NCBI GenBank assembly: GCA_041737175.1
Contig: JBGSSF010000035.1
Coordinates: 10,232-74,231 of the forward strand
Length of the DNA: 64,000 nucleotides
Reading direction: 5' to 3'
DNA from: Bacteroidales bacterium
GTDB lineage: Bacteria; Bacteroidota; Bacteroidia; Bacteroidales; UBA10428
Part shown: in pieces, positions 28,873 to 37,852 of the stretch
How positions within the stretch are numbered: position 1 is the stretch's first letter
Layout: each line of letters opens with the position of its first letter
Program-made: the position numbers and the translations under genes
The notes under the pieces: generated by a model
What the model was told of the DNA's origin: nothing
Database searches by the model: none
The model's input: only the letters and a program-made list of their open reading frames with translations

Positions 28873-28898
28873 CCGGTCAATCATTCAGCATAATCACA

Positions 28899-31553
28899 AT
28901 GGAATACGATTTCAGCCGGATCGAGAAGAAATGGCAGCATTACTGGGAAGAAAACAAGACATTTAAAACATTCGATGACTATTCGAAAAAGAAATTCTAT
29001 ATCCTGGATATGTTTCCCTATCCGTCCGGAAGCGGTCTGCATGTCGGTCATCCCGAAGGATACACAGCTACCGATATCGTAGCCCGTTATAAGCGGATGA
29101 AGGGCTTTAATGTTCTGCATCCCATGGGATGGGATTCCTTTGGCCTGCCTGCCGAGCAATACGCCATTCAGACCGGGACGCATCCGAAGGTCACCACGCA
29201 GAATAACTGTGATACCTTCAGGCGGCAGATCAAGTCACTGGGGCTGGGGTACGACTGGGACAGGGAGATCAGTACATCGGATGCCGACTATTTCAGGTGG
29301 ACACAGTGGATATTCATGAGGCTGTTCAATACCTGGTTTGACGAACAACAACAAAAAGGACGTCCTATCAGTGAGCTGAGCATCCCGGATGAGATTACAG
29401 CCAAAGGAAAAGTTGCCACCCGGGAATATATCGACAGCAAACGCCTGGCCTATTATGACAAGGCCCAGGTGTGGTATTGTGAACACTGTCGCATTGTTTG
29501 TGCCAATGAGGAGGTGCTGACCGACGGATCGCATGAGAAGTGCGGGAACATGGTTGTCCGTAAGAATCTGAAACAATGGATGCTGAGGATTCCACTCTAT
29601 GCCGAACGATTGCTCAGTGGGCTGGAGAGCGTTGACTGGCCGGAGGGCGTTAAGGAAATGCAGCGGAACTGGATTGGCAAATCCACCGGTGCCGAAGTTG
29701 ATTTCGAGATTGAAGGGCTTTCCGCGAAGCTCCGGGTTTATACTACCCGACCTGACACCCTTTTCGGGGCTACTTATATGGTGATAGCACCTGAGCACGA
29801 AATGACAAGGGTTATCACTGCCTCATCACAAAGTGGCCTGGTGGCGGAATACATACAGGCTGCCTCCTTAAAATCTGATCTCGACCGGACTGACCTGGCC
29901 AAGGAAAAAACAGGGGTATTTACAGGCAGGTATGCCATTAACCCGGTTAACGGAAAGAAAATACCCATCTGGATCGCGGATTATGTGCTTATAGGTTATG
30001 GAACCGGAGCCATTATGGCGGTCCCCGCGCACGACACCCGCGACTTTGAATTTGCAGAAAAATTTGGTCTGCCCATCGATTGTATCATGGATCCTGCAGG
30101 AGATGATGAAAAAATCCGTACTGCCGTGCTGGCCGGTAAGGCGTGCTGGACTGAAGACGGTATTTATATCAATTCCGCCAGCGTGGAGAAAGGAATATCC
30201 ATCAATGGTCTCAACAAAGAAAAGGGAATTGAGACCATCATCTCGTGGCTGGAGAAAAAAGGAATTGGCCAGCCCATGGTAAACTACAAGCTGCGTGACT
30301 GGTTATTCAGCCGGCAAAGGTACTGGGGAGAGCCTTTTCCGGTGATTCACTGGGAAGATGGAGAGATCACGCTGGTACCGGAGGATGAACTTCCGGTAAC
30401 ACTGCCCGATCTGAAGAAATACCAGCCCGGGGAAGACGGGGAATCCCCTTTGGCCAACGCTGAGGAATGGCTGATCGTAAACAAAGACGGTCGTAAAGGT
30501 CGCCGGGAAACCAATACCATGCCCCAATGGGCCGGTTCATGCTGGTATTACCTGCGCTTCATTGACCCTGCCAACAGCAACGAACCCTTCGCGAAAGAAA
30601 AAGAACAATACTGGATGCCGGTTGATCTTTACATCGGCGGTACGGAACATGCAGTGCTTCACCTGTTGTACAGCCGGTTCTGGCATAAGGTGTTGTTTGA
30701 CCTGGGCATCGTATCAACGAATGAACCGTTTCAGAAGCTCTTCAACCAGGGAATGATCCTCGCTTTTGCCTATGAATCACATGCCGGAGCCAAGATACCG
30801 GCTGACCTTGTGGAGGACCGGGACGGGAAGTTTATCCATAAAGAAACCGGTGAGGAATTAAAGCAGATTGTGGCTAAAATGTCCAAATCCCTCAAGAATG
30901 TCGTGAATCCCGATGATGTAGTCAAAAAATATGGCGCTGATTCCCTGCGGCTTTACGAAATGTTCATGGGCCCTCTCGATGTGATCAAACCCTGGACCGA
31001 TACAGGTGTCAAGGGTCTTTACGGGTTCCTGAACCGGGTAGCCCGGTTTTTTGGGGAGGTATCCAACATCAATGCCGATGAAGAAGATGGTGAAATTTTG
31101 AAAGGTTTGCACCAGACCATTCGGAAAGTCAGCCAGGACATTGAAAATCTGAAGTTCAATACAGCCATTTCACAGATGATGATTTTTACCAATCTCTGTA
31201 TCAAAAAGGGAAAGATTACTCACCGTACGGCAGAGACTTTTGCCTGCGTGCTTTCTCCCTTTGCACCGCACCTGGCTGAAGAACTGTGGGCGCTGTATGG
31301 TAATAAGCCAAGTATCAGCCAATTGGATTTCCCGCTTGCAAATGAAACTTATTTACAGGAAGATACGTTTGATTATCCGGTATCCTTTAATGGCAAGCTC
31401 CGGTTTAAGCTGACGCTGCCGCTGACAATGCAGGCTGCGGAAGCGGAGAAGGCAGTCAGGGAGGATCCCCAGTCCAGGAAATGGATTGAAGGCAAGGTCA
31501 TCAAAAAGATCATTTTTGTGCCTGGCAAGATTATTAACGTCGTAGCAGGTTAA
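28899..31553 (+). CDS. leuS: leucyl-tRNA synthetase
   Basis: The internal ATG gives MEYDFSRIEKKWQHYWEENKTFK. HVGH (HIGH) and KMSKS motifs are present, along with the CP1 editing domain. Confidence 0.95.
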   Translation: MEYDFSRIEKKWQHYWEENKTFKTFDDYSKKKFYILDMFPYPSGSGLHVGHPEGYTATDIVARYKRMKGFNVLHPMGWDSFGLPAEQYAIQTGTHPKVTTQNNCDTFRRQIKSLGLGYDWDREISTSDADYFRWTQWIFMRLFNTWFDEQQQKGRPISELSIPDEITAKGKVATREYIDSKRLAYYDKAQVWYCEHCRIVCANEEVLTDGSHEKCGNMVVRKNLKQWMLRIPLYAERLLSGLESVDWPEGVKEMQRNWIGKSTGAEVDFEIEGLSAKLRVYTTRPDTLFGATYMVIAPEHEMTRVITASSQSGLVAEYIQAASLKSDLDRTDLAKEKTGVFTGRYAINPVNGKKIPIWIADYVLIGYGTGAIMAVPAHDTRDFEFAEKFGLPIDCIMDPAGDDEKIRTAVLAGKACWTEDGIYINSASVEKGISINGLNKEKGIETIISWLEKKGIGQPMVNYKLRDWLFSRQRYWGEPFPVIHWEDGEITLVPEDELPVTLPDLKKYQPGEDGESPLANAEEWLIVNKDGRKGRRETNTMPQWAGSCWYYLRFIDPANSNEPFAKEKEQYWMPVDLYIGGTEHAVLHLLYSRFWHKVLFDLGIVSTNEPFQKLFNQGMILAFAYESHAGAKIPADLVEDRDGKFIHKETGEELKQIVAKMSKSLKNVVNPDDVVKKYGADSLRLYEMFMGPLDVIKPWTDTGVKGLYGFLNRVARFFGEVSNINADEEDGEILKGLHQTIRKVSQDIENLKFNTAISQMMIFTNLCIKKGKITHRTAETFACVLSPFAPHLAEELWALYGNKPSISQLDFPLANETYLQEDTFDYPVSFNGKLRFKLTLPLTMQAAEAEKAVREDPQSRKWIEGKVIKKIIFVPGKIINVVAG

Positions 31554-31556
31554 CGT

Positions 31557-32855
31557 ATGAAAAAATTCCTTTGGATCATTTCGACAGTCACTGCGCTGGC
31601 GCTGGTTGCAGCCGCTGTATACTGGTATTTGCTTCCGGATTTGAAAAGCATTACGCAGCAGGAACCGGCCATTGAACAGGCTGCTTCAGGTGAGTCTGTG
31701 GCCAGGATTTACGGCCTCGCGGTGGATTCTTTCACGATTGAATCCGATAAAGTGGGCAGGGATCAGAACCTGGGGCAGATACTCAACCGATATTCACTGC
31801 CGGAACGCGCACTGACCCAGCTCCTGTTGTATGCGGACAATGTTTTTGACGTCCGAAAAATACGGCAGGGAAATAATTATACGGCTTTCCTTTCGAAGGA
31901 TTCACTCAGCCGGCTTCAATATTTTGTGTATGAACATTCCCCTATCGAATATGTGGTTTTCGATTTCACGGACAGCGTGAAAATTTATCTCCGTGAAAAA
32001 GAAGTGGTCACCAGGCAGAAAAGGGTAAATGGTGAGATCATCACTTCTCTTTGGGATGCGGTCACCCGGAATAACATCAATCCGCAGGTTGCCCTCGAAT
32101 TGTCGGAAATGTACGCATGGACCGTGGATTTCTTTGGATTGCAGCCCGGTGATCATTTCGCCGTGGTTTACGATGAGCTTTATGTAGATACCATTTCAAT
32201 AGGACTCGGTCGTATTCATGCCGCCAGCTTTCATCACGTGGGAAAGGAATTACTGGCCATACCGTTTATGCAGGACAGTGTAGAAACTTATTTTGATGCA
32301 GACGGGAACAGCCTGAGGCGTGCGTTTTTAAAAGCTCCGCTCAAATTCAACAGGATATCCTCCAGGTTTTCGGGAAGCCGTTTGCATCCCATTCTGAAGA
32401 TCCGGCGTCCGCATTATGGCGTGGATTACGCCGCCCCGATCGGCACGCCGGTTCATGCCATTGGTGATGGCCGGGTCATGCTGGCAGGGTATCAAAGCGG
32501 TGCCGGAAGAATTGTAAAAGTAAGGCATAATGCGGTCTACACATCAACTTATATGCATCTTAGCGGTTTCGGTAAAGGAATTGCGACCGGAACCTATGTC
32601 AAGCAGGGTGAATTGCTGGGGTATGTCGGCAGTTCGGGACTCTCAACCGGCCCGCATCTCGATTTCAGGGTAACCATGAATGGCTCCCCCATTGATCCGC
32701 TTAAAATGGTATCACCGCCTGTAGATCCGATAAAGCCTATAAACAGAATGGCTTTCAATTCAGTCAAGATGGCCACCATCGATCTGCTTACCAGCAAGGA
32801 AGAGAACGAAATGGCGGAGGAGTTTATACCGACGGGATTGCCGAAGGATTTTTAA
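31557..32855 (+). CDS. M23-family peptidoglycan metalloendopeptidase
   Basis: 432 aa with an N-terminal TM anchor. HYGVDYAAPIGTPVHAIGDGRV and GSSGLSTGPHLDFRV are the M23 Zn-ligand motifs. Confidence 0.85.
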   Translation: MKKFLWIISTVTALALVAAAVYWYLLPDLKSITQQEPAIEQAASGESVARIYGLAVDSFTIESDKVGRDQNLGQILNRYSLPERALTQLLLYADNVFDVRKIRQGNNYTAFLSKDSLSRLQYFVYEHSPIEYVVFDFTDSVKIYLREKEVVTRQKRVNGEIITSLWDAVTRNNINPQVALELSEMYAWTVDFFGLQPGDHFAVVYDELYVDTISIGLGRIHAASFHHVGKELLAIPFMQDSVETYFDADGNSLRRAFLKAPLKFNRISSRFSGSRLHPILKIRRPHYGVDYAAPIGTPVHAIGDGRVMLAGYQSGAGRIVKVRHNAVYTSTYMHLSGFGKGIATGTYVKQGELLGYVGSSGLSTGPHLDFRVTMNGSPIDPLKMVSPPVDPIKPINRMAFNSVKMATIDLLTSKEENEMAEEFIPTGLPKDF

Positions 32856-32856
32856 C

Positions 32857-33021
32857 GGATTACTTCGTGATCCCTGCGGGGGTGATCCCAGCAAAAGAAA
32901 ATAAATCCCCCTCCGTTGCTGCGCAACGGGTGAATGATAAATGCAAATGGATTACTTCGTGATCCCTGCGGGGGTGATCCCAGCAAAAGAAAATAAATCC
33001 CCCTCCGTTGCTGCGCAACGG
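32857..33021. repeat. two perfect 73-bp direct repeats separated by 19 bp
   Basis: 32857..32929 and 32949..33021 are identical: GGATTACTTCGTGATCCCTGCGGGGGTGATCCCAGCAAAAGAAAATAAATCCCCCTCCGTTGCTGCGCAACGG. Each contains the hairpin CCGTTGC-tgc-GCAACGG. Confidence 0.9.
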
Positions 33022-33031
33022 TCGGTCTTTT

Positions 33032-33076
33032 CCCATAAAAAAAGGCCTCAAACGGAGTTTGGGCCTTTTTTATGGG
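33032..33076. terminator. bidirectional terminator-like palindrome between the M23 gene and tRNA-Ser
   Basis: CCCATAAAAAAAGGCCTCAAAC-gga-GTTTGGGCCTTTTTTATGGG. A GC-containing stem is flanked by A/T runs on both strands. Confidence 0.55.
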
Positions 33077-33114
33077 AAAATCCCGAGCTTCGCCGGGGGA
33101 TTTATTTTCTTTTG

Positions 33115-33202
33115 CGGAGAGAATGGGATTCGAACCCATGAACCGCTTTTGGCGATTACACACTTTCCAGGCGTGCGCCTTCGACCACTCGGCCATCTCT
33201 CC
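33115..33202 (-). tRNA. tRNA-Ser (anticodon GGA)
   Basis: 88 nt: GGAGAGA acceptor, anticodon stem CACGC/GTGTG with loop CTGGAAA, a long variable arm, and T arm ATGGG-TTCGAAT-CCCAT. Confidence 0.9.
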
Positions 33203-33258
33203 TGATTACCCCTGAATACGGGGGCGTAAAAATAGTAAAAAAAACCAATATAAAACCA

Positions 33259-34296
33259 CTACACCGTCATTTCTCCCCTGAGAGAAACAGCAAGCTGTCC
33301 GGAGATCCAGGATATGTCTCGGCTTACCCCGGTGAGGTGCATAAGCTTGGTAACGGCAGCTTCGGTGGTCATGTCCCTTCCGCTGATCACACCAGTTGCG
33401 GCAAGCATTCTGCTGGTCTCATACACTCCCATTTCCACACTACCGGTCTTGCATTGCGTAACGTTCATGACAATGATGCCACTTTGCAGGGCATGACTTA
33501 CAGCTGAGATAAACCAGTCTTCCTCAGGAGCATTGCCAGCTCCAAAGGTCTCCAGAATAACGGCCCGTAATCCGGGAATGCCAAGCGTGGATTCAACAAC
33601 TGTGCGACTGATCCCCGGAAAGAGCTTCAATATGGCCAGATTATTGTCAAGCTGCTTATGAACAACCAGCGGAAGCTTTTTCCCGGGACTTCTTATGACG
33701 CTGTGATTATAACGGATGTGTACACCACTTTCCGCCAGGGGAGGGTAATTGCCGGACATAAAGGCATTAAAATCCTCCGTGTTGTTCTTGGAAGTTCGGT
33801 TACCCCGATAGAGGCTGTTTTCAAAGTAAATGCCCACCTCGGGCACAACAGGTTCAGCGTTTTTAAAAGCAGCGGCAATTTCAACCGACGAGATCAGATT
33901 TTCTTTGCCATCGGTCCTGAGTGAACCAATGGGCAGCTGAGATCCTGTAAATATCACCGGTTTGGAGAGGTTCTCAAGCATAAAGCTGAGGGCGGAAGCC
34001 GAGTAGGCCATGGTATCCGTGCCGTGAAGCACGATGAAACCATCAAAACTGCCGTAGTTCTGTTCAATGATTTCAGCAACCTTGATCCAGGCAGCCGGAT
34101 TGATATTGGATGAATCCAGTGGCGGATTGAATGCGAAAGAGGTGAGGTTGAAACCGAATTTTCTCAGTTCAGGCACTTCTTCAAGTATGTTGTCGAATCT
34201 GAAAGGCTTTAAGGCCCCTGTTTCCTGATCCTGCACCATGCCGATGGTCCCGCCGGTATAAATGATCAGGATGGATGTTTTTTTATTGTCGCGCAT
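33259..34296 (-). CDS. ansA: L-asparaginase, type I
   Basis: The ATG at 34296 gives MRDNKKTSILIIYTGGTIGM, containing the TGGTIG catalytic motif. HGTDTM is also present. Confidence 0.85.
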   Translation of the reverse strand: MRDNKKTSILIIYTGGTIGMVQDQETGALKPFRFDNILEEVPELRKFGFNLTSFAFNPPLDSSNINPAAWIKVAEIIEQNYGSFDGFIVLHGTDTMAYSASALSFMLENLSKPVIFTGSQLPIGSLRTDGKENLISSVEIAAAFKNAEPVVPEVGIYFENSLYRGNRTSKNNTEDFNAFMSGNYPPLAESGVHIRYNHSVIRSPGKKLPLVVHKQLDNNLAILKLFPGISRTVVESTLGIPGLRAVILETFGAGNAPEEDWFISAVSHALQSGIIVMNVTQCKTGSVEMGVYETSRMLAATGVISGRDMTTEAAVTKLMHLTGVSRDISWISGQLAVSLRGEMTV

Positions 34297-34300
34297 GATT

Positions 34301-35080
34301 TTACAAAGAAAATAAGCGAAGCACATTTTCAGTGGTTACCTGGGCCACTACATCCAAAGGTATGCTTTTTATTTGTTCCACCTTCTCTGCGATGTAAGGG
34401 ATGTAACTGCTTTCGTTGCGTTTTCCCCTGTAAGGAACCGGAGTTAGGTACGGCGAATCGGTTTCCAGCACCAGGTCATTCAGTTCGGATTTAAGCACAA
34501 TATCCGGCAGGGTGGAGTTCTTATACGTCACAATCCCCCCGATACCCAGTTTAAATCCCAGGCCGGTAACCTGACGGGCTATCTCCGGTGTACCGGTGAA
34601 AGCATGGAATATTCCGGTTAATCCCTTGTTCTTGTATCCTTCCAGAATTTCAACGATTTCAGGAAAGGATTCCCTGGCATGTATGACTACCGGCAGGCCA
34701 TACCGGAGCGACAGATCAAGCTGCCTTGAAAAGGCCAGGCACTGTTCCTTAAAATGGCTCTTGTCCCAGTACAGGTCAATGCCAATCTCGCCTATACCGA
34801 CGTAGGATCCGTGTTCCAGCTCGAATTCGACCTTCTCCAGCTCATCCTGGTAATTTTCTTTCACGGATGTGGGATGCAGTCCCATCATGGGATGGCACAC
34901 GCCCGGATACCGGACGACCATGGCATTCATTGGGGCAATGGAGGAACTGTCGATATTGGGAAGAAGAATTTTTTTGACTCCCCTTTGCAAAGCGGCACCG
35001 ATCACCTGATCCCGGTCAGGGTCAAATTCGGGAAGGTAAAGATGGGCATGGGTGTCGATGAAGTAAGATGGAAGATTCAA
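34301..35080 (-). CDS. TatD-family metal-dependent hydrolase
   Basis: 259 aa. FIDTHAHL start, GEIGIDLYW, VIHARES. Confidence 0.85.
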   Translation of the reverse strand: MNLPSYFIDTHAHLYLPEFDPDRDQVIGAALQRGVKKILLPNIDSSSIAPMNAMVVRYPGVCHPMMGLHPTSVKENYQDELEKVEFELEHGSYVGIGEIGIDLYWDKSHFKEQCLAFSRQLDLSLRYGLPVVIHARESFPEIVEILEGYKNKGLTGIFHAFTGTPEIARQVTGLGFKLGIGGIVTYKNSTLPDIVLKSELNDLVLETDSPYLTPVPYRGKRNESSYIPYIAEKVEQIKSIPLDVVAQVTTENVLRLFSL

Positions 35081-35127
35081 GATATAAGATTCAAGATTTT
35101 AGGACAAAGATAGCAGGAAAGGGGAAA

Positions 35128-35212
35128 TGTTGTGATTGTTGTGATTGTTGTGATTGTTGTGGTTGTTGTGATGGTTGTGATGGTTGTGATGGTTGTGGGT
35201 TGTGGGTTGTGT
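35128..35212. repeat. GT-rich degenerate microsatellite array downstream of dprA
   Basis: (GTGATTGTT)x3, GTGGTTGTT, (GTGATGGTT)x3, (GTGGGTT)x2. It is complementary in composition to the array at 36365..36436. Confidence 0.85.
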
Positions 35213-35230
35213 ACTTATAGTTATTCGTTA

Positions 35231-36364
35231 TTAGTTTTTAGTTGATAATTGATAGACTTTACCCGGCAAACACTTCACCAAACCTTTGAATTCGAGATTC
35301 AAAAGAATACCTGAAATTTTACTGACAGGCATATTACCGTACAGGCTGAGTTGGTCGATGGTCAGACTGTTTTCCTTCTGAAGAAGTCCTGTAAGGGTCT
35401 GTTCTTCAGAAGTCAGTTCAACGAAAAGATCTTTCTGAACGGCATCCGTCGATTTCCCATCTTTCTGCCATCCCATGAGGTATTCCAGATCTGCAACAGT
35501 TTCTAACAGGGCTGCCCGGTTGGTCTTGATTAGCCTGTTGCAACCCACGGAGTATTTATCGCTGATGCGCCCGGGAAAAGCAAACACATCGCGGTTGTAT
35601 GAATTGGCGATGTCAGCCGTGATCAGTGCGCCGCCCTGTTCGCCTGATTCCATGACCAGGGTGGCATCGGCAAGTCCGGCAATGATCCTGTTTCGTTTCA
35701 CAAAATTGGGAGACTCCGGTTTTTCATCGTGCCTGAATTCTGTGATGAGCGCTCCATTCCCGATCATCTTTCCTGCCACCTCACGATGTGCTGACGGATA
35801 CAGAAAACTTAATCCGTGACCTAAAACACCCACGGTCTCCAGGTTATTCTTAAGGGCTGCTTTATGCGCGCAAATATCGATTCCGTAGGCAAGGCCACTT
35901 ACGATGAGGATATCCGGATAACCGGCTGCAAGGCTTTCAACGATCTCCCGGGTATTGTTTCGACCGTAATCGGTAGGATTACGCGTTCCCACAATGCTGA
36001 TCACCTTTTTCCGGTTCAGTTCGGTTTTACCCTTCATATAAAGAAGCACCGGGGCATCTTCGCACTGCCGCAGCCGGTCGGGGTAAATCTCATCCAGGTA
36101 AAACAGCACGGTAATACCCTGTTGTGTGATGAATTCAATTTCGGAATCTGCAGCAGACAGGTTTTTATGACTGGCAATATGATCTGCCAAACGCGAGCCA
36201 ATGCCCGGGATTTTGGCCAATCGGGCCCGCTTTTCCCTGAAAACGCCTTCGGCGCTGCCACAATAGGCTATCAAACGCCTGGTGAGAACCGGACCAATTT
36301 TAGGAATAAGGCCAATGCCGATTTTGAAGCGGATGTCTTCCGCAATGTAACTTTTTTCTGACAT
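35231..36364 (-). CDS. dprA: DNA-processing protein DprA
   Basis: 377 aa. The Rossmann-like DprA core has IVGTRNPTDYG, VSGLAYGIDICAHKAAL and GGALITADIA. A C-terminal winged-helix tail is present. Confidence 0.85.
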   Translation of the reverse strand: MSEKSYIAEDIRFKIGIGLIPKIGPVLTRRLIAYCGSAEGVFREKRARLAKIPGIGSRLADHIASHKNLSAADSEIEFITQQGITVLFYLDEIYPDRLRQCEDAPVLLYMKGKTELNRKKVISIVGTRNPTDYGRNNTREIVESLAAGYPDILIVSGLAYGIDICAHKAALKNNLETVGVLGHGLSFLYPSAHREVAGKMIGNGALITEFRHDEKPESPNFVKRNRIIAGLADATLVMESGEQGGALITADIANSYNRDVFAFPGRISDKYSVGCNRLIKTNRAALLETVADLEYLMGWQKDGKSTDAVQKDLFVELTSEEQTLTGLLQKENSLTIDQLSLYGNMPVSKISGILLNLEFKGLVKCLPGKVYQLSTKN

Positions 36365-36436
36365 CCAATAACTAACTTATAACTTACAACCTACAACCTA
36401 CAACTTACAACCTACAACAACCACAACAACCACAAC
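36365..36436. repeat. CA-rich degenerate microsatellite array upstream of dprA
   Basis: CTTACAACCTACAACCTACAACTTACAACCTACAACAACCACAACAACCACAACC. Its reverse complement is (GGTTGT)n-like, mirroring 35128..35212. Confidence 0.85.
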
Positions 36437-36931
36437 CTACTTCTCACCCTTCCTCTTCCACTCCCCCAGCGCATGCAATAGCATATCCCGCTCGTGTGCG
36501 GTAAGTGCCGTTATGGAAACGGGCGGATACTTGGCAATGCCCATGCCGGTTCGCCTTAAAAGAGTGATACTTTCCCGGTATCTCATGAAAAAGGATTTTA
36601 TGTCATAACCGGCAAAATCTTTTTTCGGGATTTCGATGGAATTCTTTTTTGAAGTGAAGATATTGGGAGAGAAGAAGCGCAATACTATTTTATCGGATTC
36701 ATCGTTGTAATAGATGTAATGGTAATTTCTGAAGGAGTTGTAGATGTTCAGAATCACATAGGCTATACCAACAAAGAGAGCCAGAAGGCTGTTTTTTATG
36801 CCCTTGAAGATATCACCGACCGGCAGCATCAGGAGTGCAATAATAACTAACGCCACAATGATTATGGTGATGAAACTGCTCAGGTTCTTACGGATTATGG
36901 TTCTTTTTATATCGATGATCATGACAGGCAA
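36437..36931 (-). CDS. hypothetical two-TM membrane protein
   Basis: 164 aa. Two N-terminal TM helices and a soluble C-terminal domain. No family recognised. Confidence 0.5.
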   Translation of the reverse strand: MPVMIIDIKRTIIRKNLSSFITIIIVALVIIALLMLPVGDIFKGIKNSLLALFVGIAYVILNIYNSFRNYHYIYYNDESDKIVLRFFSPNIFTSKKNSIEIPKKDFAGYDIKSFFMRYRESITLLRRTGMGIAKYPPVSITALTAHERDMLLHALGEWKRKGEK

Positions 36932-37060
36932 AGCTTGATCAAAGTTAAAATTTAATTAAGAATGCACAAACATAATATGCGATGAAACAGAAAATCAGAA
37001 CAATCGTATATTAAAGTAATTTGATTTGCTGCAATAAATTTCGCTAATAAACCATCCACC

Positions 37061-37687
37061 ATGAAACGAATCGCAGTTATCGCATTAATGCTGGTCTTTG
37101 TTTTAGGGCAGTCAGGTAAGGCCCAGGACAAGGAATTCAGGTTCACCCTGAAAACCAATCCGTTGGCCGCAATGGGCGGCCCTATCTGGGTTCTATTTAT
37201 TCCCGTTACCGGGGAATACAAGGTCATGTTTGAGGCCAGAACCACGAAACATCAGTCCATTGAAACCGGGCTAAGTTTTCTGGGACCCAGCCTCTTCCTG
37301 AACCTGGATGAACTATCGGAAGGGGATACCATCGACGGGGTGAATACACACGGCTTCAGAGCGCAGGTGATGTATAAGTTCTTCCTTACCAGGGATCAGC
37401 TGGCACCGGAAGGATTTTATGTGGGACCTCATATTTCTTATGCGAAAGCGCGGATCGCAAACAGGGACAATTCTGATGATGAATTCACCGCTGCAAAACT
37501 GAACGCCAATGTATTATTCGGGTACCAGTTAATTACGCCGGGCGGATTCACGCTTAACGTGTATACCGGACTGGGATTCAAGTTACGTGATTATGACCTT
37601 CCGGAAGATTCTTCCTTTGATTTCGACTACGGCAACAGGGTAACACCCAATGTGGCGTTTGGATTCACGTTTGGATTTGCATTCTGA
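37061..37687 (+). CDS. putative outer-membrane beta-barrel protein (DUF3575-like)
   Basis: 208 aa. Signal peptide MKRIAVIALMLVFVLGQSGKAQ, an LKTNPL start, alternating hydrophobic beta-strand pattern, and a C-terminal FGFTFGFAF. Confidence 0.5.
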   Translation: MKRIAVIALMLVFVLGQSGKAQDKEFRFTLKTNPLAAMGGPIWVLFIPVTGEYKVMFEARTTKHQSIETGLSFLGPSLFLNLDELSEGDTIDGVNTHGFRAQVMYKFFLTRDQLAPEGFYVGPHISYAKARIANRDNSDDEFTAAKLNANVLFGYQLITPGGFTLNVYTGLGFKLRDYDLPEDSSFDFDYGNRVTPNVAFGFTFGFAF

Positions 37688-37699
37688 TCAGGTCTTTTT

Positions 37700-37776
37700 G
37701 ACCCTTCAAGGGTCTTAGGACCGCTTGAAGGAATCTTCAAAGACCGCTTGAAAAATCTTCAAAGACCGATTGAAGG
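37700..37776. repeat. tandem array of three hairpins, CCCTTGAAGGGTC family (locus B)
   Basis: GACCCTTCAAGGGTCTTAGGACCGCTTGAAGG, then AATCTTCAAAGACCGCTTGAA, then AAATCTTCAAAGACCGATTGAAGG. Each unit is a CTTCAA...TTGAAG hairpin. Confidence 0.8.
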
Positions 37777-37852
37777 GATTTCCAAAGAATACTCTGCAAA
37801 TTTGAGTAGTTGGTATAGTTTTCGTATTTTTAGGTAATAAAATACACCGAAT

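Noticed and set aside
32857-33021. Direct repeats with a spacer, considered as a mini-CRISPR array
   Set aside because: There are only two units. The repeats are 73 bp with a 19-bp spacer, which is the wrong geometry. No cas genes are present, and part of the unit recurs inverted next to the tRNA.
32852-33196. 114-aa minus-strand ORF (and the 60-66-aa ORFs around it) in the supplied track
   Set aside because: It runs through the tRNA-Ser gene, the terminator palindrome and the 73-bp repeats. It is an artefact of stop-free repeat sequence.
35128-35212. GT-rich array, considered as low-complexity coding sequence (poly-Val/Ile, or poly-Thr on the opposite strand)
   Set aside because: No ORF of useful length with a start codon covers it. 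It lies between the dprA stop and the tatD start.
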